From Eledone cirrhosa (taxonomy: Eukaryota): a stretch of DNA of 64,000 bases. Position numbers and translations under genes: made by a program. The stretch covers positions 248,248,001 to 248,312,000 of the forward strand of contig OZ024741.1 of NCBI GenBank assembly GCA_964016885.1, given 5' to 3'. Of this stretch, positions 29,401-39,917 are shown in pieces; within the stretch, counting starts at the first letter, position 1, and every line of letters starts with the position of its first letter. The notes under the pieces were generated by a model that was not told where the DNA came from, did no database searches, and saw nothing but the letters and a program-made list of their open reading frames with translations.

Positions 29401-30940
29401 TTTTTACAAATTATCTCTGCCTGATTTTTTTTACAAATATCTCCCCTTGGCTGGCTGGAAATTATCTCCCCTTGGCTGGCTGGAAATTATCTCCCCTTGG
29501 GCGGCTGGAAATTATCTCCCCTTGGACGCCTAGAAATTACCTCTACTTGGACAGCTGTAAATTATCTCCCCTTGGACGGCTGGAAATTATCTCGACTTGG
29601 ACGGCTGGAAATTATCTCCCCTTGATTTTGTATACAAATTATCTCCCCCTGATATTTTTTTACAAATTATCTGCCCCTGATTATTTTTTTACAAATTAGC
29701 TCCGCCTGATTTTTTTTAAAAATTATCTCCCCTTGGACGGCTGGAAATTATCTCCCCTTGGACGGCTGGAAATTATCTCCCCTTGAACGGCTAGAAATTA
29801 CCTCTCCTTGGACGGCTGAAAATTATCTCCCCTTGGACGGCTGGAAATTATCTCACCTTGATTTTTTACAAATTATCTCCCCCTGATTTTTTTTACAAAT
29901 TATCTCCCCCTGATTTTTTTTACAAATTATCTACCCCTGATTTTTTTTACAAATCTCCCAGTGATTTTTAAAAAAAAATTATCTCCCCTTCGCTGGCTGG
30001 AAATTATCTCCCCTTGGACGCTGGAAATTATAGCCCCTTGGAGGGCTGGAAGTTATCTTTCCCTGGAGGGCTGGAAATTATCTTCCCTTGGACGGCTGGA
30101 AATTATCTCCCCTTGATTTTTTTTACAAATTATCTCCCACTGATTTTTTTTTACAAATTATCTCCCCCTGATTTTTTTTTACAAATTATCTCCGCCTGAT
30201 TTTTTTTTAAAATTATCTCCCCTTGGACGGCTGGAAATTATCTCCCCTTGGACGGCTGGAAATTATCTCCCCTTGAACGGCTAGAAATTACCTCTCCTTG
30301 GACGGCTGGAAATTATCTCCCCTTGGACGGCTAGAAATTACCTCTCCTTGGACGGCTGAAAATTATCTTCCCTTGGACGGCTGGAAATTATCTCCCCTTG
30401 ATTTTTTTTTACAAATTATCTCCCCCTGATTTTTTTTTACAAATTATCTACCCCTGATTTTTTTTTACAAATTATCTACGCCTGATTTTTTTTTCCAAAT
30501 TATCTCCCCCTGTTTTTTTTTACAAATTATTTCCCCCTGATTTTTTTACAAATTATCTCCGCCTGATTTTTTTAAATATTATCTTCCCTTGGCTGGCGGG
30601 AAATTATCTCCCCTTGGACGCCTGGAAATTATCTCCCCTTGGAAGGAAGGAAATTATCTCCCCTTGGACGGCTGGAAATTATCTGCACTTGATTTTGTTT
30701 TTACAAATTATCTTCCCCTGATTTTTTTTACAAATTATCTCCACCTGATTTTTTAAAAAATTATCTCTCCTTGGACGGCTGGAAATTATCTCCCCTTGGC
30801 TGGAAATTATCTCCCCTTGGACGACTAGAAATTATCTCTCTTTGGACGGCTAGAAATTATCTCCCCTTGATTTTTTTACAAATTATCTCCCCCTGATTTT
30901 TTTTTTACAAATTATCTCCCCCTGATTTTTTTTTTACAAA
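23488..30940 (+). repeat. Long segmental duplicate, copy 2, of 1-~11,150
   Basis: Same order of diagnostic variant monomers as copy 1 (gctataaatt, ccaatctacc, gcaagaaa, gctgcttgtaggg, ctcgacttgg, gaagttatctttccctgg). Confidence 0.9.
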
Positions 30941-30969
30941 TTATCTCCGCCTGATTTTTTTTTAAAATT

Positions 30970-33450
30970 ATCTCCCCTTGGACGGCTGGAAATTATCTCC
31001 CCTTGGACGGCTGGAAATTATCTCCCCTTGGACGGCTAGAAATTACCTCTCCTTGGACGGCTGAAAATTATCTCCCCTTGGACGGCTGGAAATTATCTCC
31101 CCTTGATTTTTTGTTACAAATTATCTCTCCCTGATTTTTTTTACAAATTATCTACCCCTAATTTTTTTTTACAAATTATCTCCCCCTGATTTTTTTACAA
31201 ATTATCTCCCCCTGATTTTTTTTTTACAAATTATCTCCCCCTGATTTTTTTTACAAATTATCTCCGCCTGATTTTTTTAAATATTATCTTCCCTTGGCTG
31301 GCGGGAAATTAGCTCCCCTTGGACGGCTGGAAATTATCTCCCCTTGGAAGGATGGAAATTATCTCCCCTTGGACGGCTGGAAATTATCTCCCCTTGCACT
31401 GCTGGAAATTATCTCCCCTTGGACGGCTGGAAATTATCTGCCCTTGATTTTGTTTTTACAAATTATCTTCCCCTGATTTTTTTTACAAATTATCTCCACC
31501 TGATTTTTTAAAAAATTATCTCCCCTTGGACGGCTGGAAATTATCTCCCCTTGGCTGGAAATTATCTCCCCTTGGACGGCTAGAAATTATCTCTCTTTGG
31601 ACGGCTGGAAATTATCTCCCCTTGATTTTTTTTACAAATTATCTCCCCCTGATTTGTTTTACAAATCTCCCAGTGACTTTTTTAAAAAAATTATCTCCCC
31701 TTCGCTGGCTGGAAATTATCTCCCCTTGATTTTTTTTACAAATTATCTCCCCCTGATTTTTTTACAAATTATCTCCCCCTAATTTATTTTACAAATTATC
31801 TCCGCCTGATTTTTTTAAATATTATCTTCCCTTGGCTGGCGGGAAATAATCTCCCCTTGCACGGCTTGAAATTATCTCCCCTTGGACGGCTGGAAATTAT
31901 CTCCCATTGGCTGGAAATTATCTCCCCTTGGACGGCTAGAAATTATCTCCCCTTGGACGGCTGGAAATTATCTCCCATTGGCTGGAAATTATCTCCCCTT
32001 GGACGGCTAGAAATTATCTCTCTTTGGACGGCTGGAAATTATCTCCCCTTGATTTTTTTACAAATTATCTCCCCCTGATTTTTTTTACAAATCTCCCAGT
32101 GATTTTTTAAAAAAAATAATCTCCCTTTCGCTGGCTGGAAATTATCTCCCCTTGGACGCTGGAAATTATAGCCCCTTGGAGGGCTGGAAATTATCTTCCC
32201 TTGGACGGCTGGAAATTATCTCCCCTTGGACGGCTGGAAATTATCTCCCCTTGGACGGCTAGAAATTACCTCTCCTTGGACGGCTGAAAATTATCTCCCC
32301 TTGGACGGCTGGAAATTATCTCCCCTTGATTTTTTGTTACAAATTATCTCTCCCTGATTTTTTTTACAAATTATCTACCCCTAATTTTTTTTTACAAATT
32401 ATCTCCCCCTGATTTTTTTACAAATTATCTCCCCCTGATTTTTTTTTTACAAATTATCTCCCCCTGATTTTTTTTACAAATTATCTCCGCCTGATTTTTT
32501 TAAATATTATCTTCCCTTGGCTGGCGGGAAATTAGCTCCCCTTGGACGGCTGGAAATTATCTCCCCTTGGAAGGATGGAAATTATCTCCCCTTGGACGGC
32601 TGGAAATTATCTCCCCTTGCACTGCTGGAAATAATCTCCCCTTGGACGGCTGGAAATTATCTGCCCTTGATTTTGTTTTTACAAATTATCTTCCCCTGAT
32701 TTTTTTTACAAATTATCTCCACCTGATTTTTTAAAAAATTATCTCCCCTTGGACGGCTGGAAATTATCTCCCCTTGGCTGGAAATTATCTCCCCTTGGAC
32801 GGCTAGAAATTATCTCTCTTTGGACGGCTGGAAATTATCTCCCCTTGATTTTTTTTACAAATTATCTCCCCCTGATTTGTTTTACAAATCTCCCAGTGAT
32901 TTTTTTAAAAAAATTATCTCCCCTTCGCTGGCTGGAAATTATCTCCCCTTGATTTTTTTTACAAATTATCTCCCCCTGATTTTTTTACAAATTATCTCCC
33001 CCTAATTTATTTTACAAATTATCTCCGCCTGATTTTTTTAAATATTATCTTCCCTTGGCTGGCGGGAAATAATCTCCCCTTGCACGGCTTGAAATTATCT
33101 CCCCTTGGACGGCTGGAAATTATCTCCCATTGGCTGGAAATTATCTCCCCTTGGACGGCTAGAAATTATCTCCCCTTGGACGGCTGGAAATTATCTCCCA
33201 TTGGCTGGAAATTATCTCCCCTTGGACGGCTAGAAATTATCTCTCTTTGGACGGCTGGAAATTATCTCCCCTTGATTTTTTTACAAATTATCTCCCCCTG
33301 ATTTTTTTTACAAATCTCCCAGTGATTTTTTAAAAAAAATAATCTCCCTTTCGCTGGCTGGAAATTATCTCCCCTTGGACGCTGGAAATTATAGCCCCTT
33401 GGAGGGCTGGAAATTATCTTCCCTTGGACGGCTGGAAATTATCTCCCCTT
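30970..33450 (+). repeat. 1,223 bp tandem higher-order repeat (2 copies)
   Basis: Near-identical ORFs at 31294/32517, 31526/32749, 31597/32820 and 31857/33080, all offset by 1,223. Confidence 0.9.
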
Positions 33451-35229
33451 GATTTTTTTAAAATATTATCTCCCCCTGATTTTTTTTTACAAATTATCTC
33501 CCCCTGATTTTTTTTTTACAAATTATCTCCGCCTGATTTTTTTTTTAAAATTATCTCCCCTTGGACGGCTGGAAATTATCTCCCCTTGGACGGCTGGAAA
33601 TTATCTCCCCTTGGACGGCTAGAAATTACCTCTCCTTGGACGGCTGAAAATTATCTCCCCTTGATTTTTTTACAAATTATCTCCCCCTGATTTTTTTTTT
33701 TACAAATTATCTCCCCCTGATTTTTTTACAAATTATCTCCCCCTGATTTATTTTACAAATTATCTCCGCCTGATTTTTTTAAATATTATCTTCCCTTGGC
33801 TGGCGGGAAATAATCTCCCCTTGGACGGCTGGAAATTATCTCCCCTTGGAAGGATGGAAATTATCTACCTTTGGACGGCTGGAAATTATCTCCCCTTGCA
33901 CGGCTGGAAATTATCTCCCCTTGGACGGCTAGAAATTATCTCTCTTTGGACGGCTGGAAATTATCTCCCCTTGATTTTTTTTACAAATTATCGCCCCCTG
34001 ATTTTTTTTACAAATCTCCCAGTGATTTTTTAAAAAAAATAATCTCCCTTTCGCTGGCTGGAAATTATCTCCCCTTGGACGCTGGAAATTATAGCCCCTT
34101 GGAGGGCTGGAAATTATCTTCCCTCGGACGGCTGGAAATTATCTCCCCTTGATTTTTTTTACATATTATCTCCCCCTGATTTTTTTTTACAAATTATCTC
34201 CCCGATTTTTTTTTACAAATTATCTCCCCCTGATTTTTTTTTTACAAATTATCTCCGCCTGATTTTTTTAAAAAAATTATCTCCCCTTGGACGGCTGGAA
34301 ATTATCTCCCCTTGAACGGCTGGAAATTATCTCCCCTTGGACGGCTGGAAATTATTTCCCCTTGATTTTTTTTACAAATTATCTCCCCCTGATTTTTTTT
34401 ACAAATCTCCCCCTAATTTAAAATTAAATTATCTCCCCTTCGCTGGCTGGAAATTATCTCCCTTTGGACGGCTGGAAATTATAGCTGCTTGTAGGGCTGG
34501 AAATTATCTCCCCTTTATGTCTTCTACAAATTATCTACCCCTGATTTTTTTTTTACAAATTATCTCTCCCTGATTTTTTTTACAAATATCTCGCCTTGGC
34601 TGGCTGGAAATTATCTCCCCTTGGCTGACTGGAAATTATCTCCCCTTGGACGGCTGGAAATTATCTCCCCTTGGACGCCTAGAAATTACCTCTCCTTGGA
34701 CAGCTGTAAATTATCTCCCCTTGGACGGCTGGAAATTATCTCGCCTTGGACGGCTGGAAATTACCTCCCCTTGATTTTGTATACAAATTATCTCCCCCTG
34801 ATTTTTTTTTACAAATTATCTGCCCCTGATTATTTTTTTACAAATTAGCAACGCCTGATTTTTTTTAAAAATTATCTCCCCTTGGACGGCTGGAAATTAT
34901 CTCCCCTTGGACGGCTGGAAATTATCTCCCCTTGAACGGCTAGAAATTACCTCTCCTTGGACGGCTGAAAATTATCTCCCCTTGGACGGCTGGAAATTAT
35001 CTCCCCTTGAATTTTTTAAAAATTATCTCCCCCTTATTTTTTTTTTACAAATTATCTCCCCCTGATTTTTTTTTACAAATTATCTACCCCTGATTTTTTT
35101 TTCCAGATTATCTCCCCCTGATTTTTTTTACAAATTATCTCCCCCTGTTTTTTTTTACAAATTATTTCCCCCTGATTTTTTTACAAATTATCTCCCCCTG
35201 ATTTTTTTTACAAATTATCTCCGCCTGAT

Positions 35230-35714
35230 TTTTGGGTGCGCTTCTAATGGGGGTTTAATGGGTTTTCAGTGTAGTTTTTAATGACATTTTTAATGGTTTT
35301 CCAATGGAACCTTAGTGGTGTGTTAATGCAATTTTAATTGGTTTAATGGGCTTTTAATTGTGTTTTTAATGGTGTTTTAATTGAGTTTTTAATTGCGTTT
35401 TAATTGAGTTTTTATTTCGGTTTAAATTTGAGGTTTTAATGTCTTTTCGAGGGGGGGTTTAATGGGTGTTTTAATGGAGTTTTAATGGGGACTTTTAATG
35501 GAAACTTTAATTTTGTTTTAATTGGGTTTTTATGGGTTTCCAATGTGGTTTTTAATGGCGCTTTTATTGGCATTCTTAATGATGTTTTAATTGTTTTAAT
35601 GGGGGGTTTGGTTGGGGTTTTAATGGAGTGTTTTATGAGCTTATAATGGGGTTTTTAATGGGTTTTTCAAAATAGATTTTTAATTGAATTTTTAATGGGG
35701 TTTTTAATGGGATT

Positions 35715-35765
<51 letters not shown>

Positions 35766-35828
35766 GTGTGTGTGTATATATATATATATAGTGTGTATGT
35801 ATATATATATATATATATAGTGTGTGCG

Positions 35829-35866
<38 letters not shown>

Positions 35867-36018
35867 ACACAAATATTAGCATATACATATTTTCTTAGTA
35901 ACTGAGGATGTGTTTTTTATACATACATATGCATATTGCATCCATACATACACACATACAAGCATATACATACACATACACACACATATATATACACACA
36001 CTGTATATATATATATAT
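35230..36018 (-). repeat. Inverted partial copy (~790 bp) of the 6 kb unit (reverse complement of ~38,350-39,135)
   Basis: ttttgggtgcgctt at 35,230 is the reverse complement of aagcgcacccaaaa at ~39,122. ccaatggaaccttagtgg matches ccactaaggttccattgg. The match continues through (TA)n into the right arm of the palindrome. Confidence 0.92.
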
Positions 36019-37546
36019 TAAATTTTTTATGGAGTTTTTATGGGCTTTTTAATGAGTTTTTAATGGTGTGCTAATTGAGTTTTCAATTACCTTTTTAATT
36101 GAGTATAAAATCGAGTTTTTACTAAGTTTTTAATGAATTTTAATGGAATTTTAATGGGGTTTCCAATGGACTTTTAATTGTGTTTTAATGGGGTTTTAAA
36201 ATTGGTTTTTAGTTCATTTTTCAGGGGCTTTTAATGGGGCTTAATGGGGGTTTAATGGGGGATTTAATTGAGTTTTTAATGGAGTTTAATAGAGTTTATA
36301 ATGGAGGTTTTAATGGAGTTTTTAATGAAGTTTTAATGTAGTTTTTAATGAGGTTTTTAATGACGATTTTAATGGCGTTCTTAATGGCGTTTTAATGGTA
36401 TTTTATGGCATTTTAATGACGGTTGTAATGGTTTTTAATGGAGTGTTAATTGGTTATTAATTGTATTTCAATGGGTTTTATGAGCTTTTTAATGGACTTT
36501 TTAGTGGTGTTTTTAATGGAGTTTTTAATGGGTCTTTTAATGGAATTTGCAATGTAGTTTTTAATGGTGTTTTCAATTGTCTTTTTAATGACGTTTTAAT
36601 GGTGTTTTTTATGGCGTTTTAATAGGATTTTTAATTGGTTTTTTATAGGACTATTATTATGGGTTTTTTATGTAATTTTATAATGGGATTTTCAGTAGGG
36701 TTTTTAATTGGATTTTTAATGGAGTTTATAATATGGTTTTTAATTGGATTTTTAAAGAATTTATAATTGCGGTTTTAATATAGTGTTTAATGGAGTATTT
36801 AATTGGTTTTTAATGGTAATTTTAATGGAGTGTTTAATGTGTTTTTAATGGGAGAGGAGGGGGGTAAAATGCAGTTTTTAATTGAGTTATCAATGGAGTT
36901 TTTAATGACATTTTTAATTACGTTTTAATAGCGTTTTATGACGTTTTAATGACGTTTTAATGGTTTTTTTTATTGGGTTTTGGGAGTTTTTATGAGCTTC
37001 TAATTAGGTTTTAAATGGGGTTTTCAATGAGGTTTTTAGTGGAATTTTTAATGGGCCTTTAATGTATTTTTAATGGGATTTTAATGTTTTTAATGGTATT
37101 TTAAATGCTGTTTTAATGTTTCTTTTATGGCCTTTTAATTGGGTTTTTGATTGAGTTTTTAATGGATTTTTTTTAACGAGAATTATGAAGTTTAATGGGT
37201 TTCCAGTGTGTTTTAAATGAAGTTTTTGATAATATTTTTAATGGAATTTTAATGGCGGTTATGGGATTTTAATGGGTTCTGGTGGTATTTTTGTGGGTTT
37301 TAATGGGGTGTTAAATGGTTTTAATGTTGTTTTACTTGCGCTTTCGATTACGTTTACAATTAAGTTTTTACTGTTTTTAATTGGATTTTTAATGGATTTT
37401 AATGTGGTTTTTAATGGAATTTTAATTGTGTTTTAATATAGTTTTTAATGGGTTTCGGATGTAGCTTTTAATGGTGGTTTAGTGTGCTTTTTATTGGGTT
37501 TTTAATGAGTTTTTATGAGCTTTTCAATGGAGTTTTTAATGGTGTT
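36019..37546 (+). repeat. Degenerate ~10-11 bp repeat block, consensus near TTTT(T)AATGG(A/T/C)G (partial block)
   Basis: T-tract plus AAT recurs about every helical turn; the block is homologous to ~42,006-43,529. Confidence 0.9.
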
Positions 37547-37684
37547 TATATATATATATATATACATACATATATATGTATATATATATATTTACACATA
37601 TATATGTGTATATATATATGTGTATATATATATTTACACATATATATGTGTATATATATATTTACACATATATATGTGTATTAA

Positions 37685-37717
<33 letters not shown>

Positions 37718-37747
37718 TTAAATATATATATATATATATATATATAT

Positions 37748-37782
<35 letters not shown>

Positions 37783-37878
37783 TATATATATATATATATA
37801 TATTAAATATATATATATATATATATTAAATATATATATATATATATATATATTAAATATATATATATATATATATAT

Positions 37879-37909
<31 letters not shown>

Positions 37910-37910
37910 T
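37547..37910. repeat. Compound (TA)n microsatellite with three TTTACACATATATATGTG units and periodic TTAAA interruptions; also at 43,530-43,970, 49,572-49,982, 55,591-56,031, 61,783-62,182, 62,874-63,279
   Basis: Seen directly; tract length varies between units. Confidence 0.95.
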
Positions 37911-38110
37911 CCACTTTCATGTTACACACTATATATAAACTGGGATTTATATTTTGCGTTAGTGCCATATTAAGCTGACAACGATATATTCGTATCTTAA
38001 AAAATATTTTTTTTAGATCACATTGTTCTAGATATTATTAAAATTATTAAATCTATTTTCAATTTGCACGAACACTTGCATATACTACATACATACATTT
38101 ATATAGACAC
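37911..38110. other. ~200 bp non-repetitive AT-rich island, conserved in each unit (also 43,971, 49,983, 56,032, 62,183, 63,280)
   Basis: Complex sequence ccactttcatg...atatagacac is nearly identical in six copies; no function recognised. Confidence 0.85.
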
Positions 38111-38502
38111 TAACACAAATATTAGCATATACATAATTTCTTAGTCATTGAGGATGTGTTTTTATACATACATATGCATATTGCATACATACATACATAC
38201 ACACATACAAGCATATACATAGACATACACACACACATATATACACACACTGTATATATATATATACATGCACACACACACACATATATATATACACACA
38301 CACACACTATATATATATAGTGTGTGGTGTATATATATATATGTGTGTGTGTGTATGTATATATATAGTGTGTGTATATATATGAGTGTGTATGTGTATG
38401 TATATGCTTGTATGTGTGTATGTATGGATGCAATATGCATATGTATGTATAAAAAACACATCCTCAATTACTAAGAAAATATGTATATGCTAATATTTGT
38501 GT

Positions 38503-38504
<2 letters not shown>
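38111..38504. repeat. ~395 bp quasi-palindrome (TAACACAAATATTAGC...GCTAATATTTGTGTTA) centred on CACACTATATATATATAGTGTG
   Basis: The arms are reverse complements with few mismatches (tgaggatgtg/cacatcctca; catacaagcatatac/gtatatgcttgtatg) and there is essentially no spacer. Confidence 0.93.
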
Positions 38505-38534
<30 letters not shown>

Positions 38535-38597
38535 CGCACACACTATATATATATATATATATACATACACACTATATATATATATATACACACACAC

Positions 38598-38636
<39 letters not shown>

Positions 38637-38649
38637 TATATATATATAT

Positions 38650-39295
38650 AAATCCCATTAAAAACCACATTAAAAATTCAATTAAAAATCTATTTTGAAA
38701 AACCCATTAAAAACCCCATTATAAGCTCATAAAACACTCCATTAAAACCCCAACCAAACCCCCCATTAAAACACAATTAAAACATCATTAAGAATGCCAA
38801 TAAAAGCGCCATTAAAAACCACATTGGAAACCCATAAAAACCCAATTAAAACAAAATTAAAGTTTCCATTAAAAGTCCCCATTAAAACTCCATTAAAACC
38901 CCCATTAACCCCCCTCGAAAAGACATTAAAACCTCAAATTTAAACCGAAATAAAAACTCAATTAAAACGCAATTAAAAACTCAATTAAAACACCATTAAA
39001 AACACAATTAAAAGCCCATTAAACCAATTAAAATTGCATTAACACACCACTAAGGTTCCATTGGAAAACCATTAAAAATGTCATTAAAAACTACACTGAA
39101 AACCCATTAAACCCCCATTAAAAGCGCACCCAAAACTTTATAAAAAACCAAATAAAAACCCCATTAAAATACCATTAAAACGGCATAAAACACCATTAAA
39201 ACTACATTAAAACTCAATTAAAAATTCCATTTAAATCTCCATTATAAACTCAATTAAAACTCCATTAAAACTCAATTAAAAACTCCATTAAAAAC
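38650..39295 (-). repeat. ~10-11 bp repeat block in opposite orientation (CCATTAAAAA on +); resumes at 39,918-40,276; equivalents at 44,708-45,355/45,961-46,317, 50,725-51,367/51,978-52,336, 56,774-57,417/58,066-58,527
   Basis: Reverse complement of the TTTTAATGG motif family. Confidence 0.9.
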
Positions 39296-39405
39296 ACACA
39301 CACATGAAGTTACATGCTGGCTTGCACACTTATAGCTATTGCTATTTCCTTTTAATTTCATTAAAACTAGGATGTTTTAGAAAGATAAAAACAAAACTGA
39401 ATAAT

Positions 39406-39536
39406 GAAGAGACTAGGGAGGGGTAAAGAAAGGCAGATCAGGCTGTAGAGGACAGTAGGGGGAGAAGAGGGAAGAGACTTGGGAGGGGTAAAGAAAGGCA
39501 GATCTGGCTGTAGAGGACAGTAGGGGGAGAAGAGGG
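39406..39536 (+). repeat. 2 x 65 bp purine-rich direct repeat inside a ~245 bp non-repetitive island (39,296-39,540); also 45,467-45,597, 51,480-51,610, 57,530-57,659
   Basis: gaagagact(a/t)gggaggggtaaagaaaggcagatc(a/t)ggctgtagaggacagtagggggagaagagg starts at 39,406 and 39,471, with 2 mismatches. Confidence 0.93.
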
Positions 39537-39540
39537 AGAA

Positions 39541-39917
39541 ATAAACTAAATTATAAACTAAGTTATAAACTAAATTATAAACTAAATTAAAAACTCAATA
39601 AAATAAAATAAAATAAAATAAAATAAAATAAAATAAAATAAAATAAAATAAAATAAAATAAAATAAAATAAAATAAAATAAAATAAAAAATAAAATAAAA
39701 TAAAATAAAATAAAATAAAATAAAATAAAATAAAATAAAATAAAATAAAATAAAAAAAAATAAAATAAAATAAAATAAAAAAAACTAAAAAATATAAATA
39801 AAATAAAATAAAATAAATAAAATAAAATAAAATAAAATAAAATAAATAAAAATAAAATAAAATAAAAAAAAATAAAAAAAATTAAATATAAAAAATAAAT
39901 AAAATAAAATAAAATAA
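39541..39917 (+). repeat. 4 x 12 bp ATAAACTAAATT followed by ~320 bp (AAAAT)n; also ~45,602-45,960, 51,615-51,977, 57,665-58,065
   Basis: Seen directly; the 5' part is a pure pentamer run and the 3' part is degenerate. Confidence 0.95.

Larger units (their letters stand above)
1..35233 (+). repeat. Complex satellite array of ~25-28 bp monomers with shared core AAATTATCTCCCC (type A: GACGGCTGGAAATTATCTCCCCTTG, 25 bp; type B: AT(7-11)ACAAATTATCTCCCCCTG, ~27 bp; transition type C: AT(5-8)A(4-9)TTATCTCCCCTTG); roughly 1,300-1,400 monomers by length estimate; runs off the left edge
   Basis: The core recurs every ~25-28 bp in one orientation across the whole interval. ORF translations are only permutations of DGWKLSPLGRLEIISPWTAGNYLPL and IFFTNYLPL. 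The array ends abruptly at ...ccgcctgattttt|gggtgcgc (35,233). Confidence 0.98.

Noticed and set aside
259-34848. Dozens of + strand ORFs (DGWKLSPLGRLEIISPWTAGNYLPL-type, up to 216 aa)
   Set aside because: A 25 bp stop-free monomer cycles through all three frames. Starts are mostly TTG, homopolymer indels break frames at random, and no domain is recognisable.
1-35233. CRISPR-like appearance (constant core with variable linkers)
   Set aside because: The core is only ~13 bp, the linkers are ~12 bp of two recurrent types rather than unique spacers, and there is no leader or cas gene.
1-35233. Long yeast-type (25 bp) telomerase repeat
   Set aside because: Two monomer types and kb-scale duplication of variant patterns indicate recombination-based copying, not template addition, and type A has little G/C strand skew. 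A subtelomeric location cannot be excluded from this window.
37747-37968. Minus-strand [23 protein letters not shown]... in the conserved island
   Set aside because: Only ~20 complex codons precede a (TA)n tract of variable length. Conservation is explained by the recent tandem amplification.
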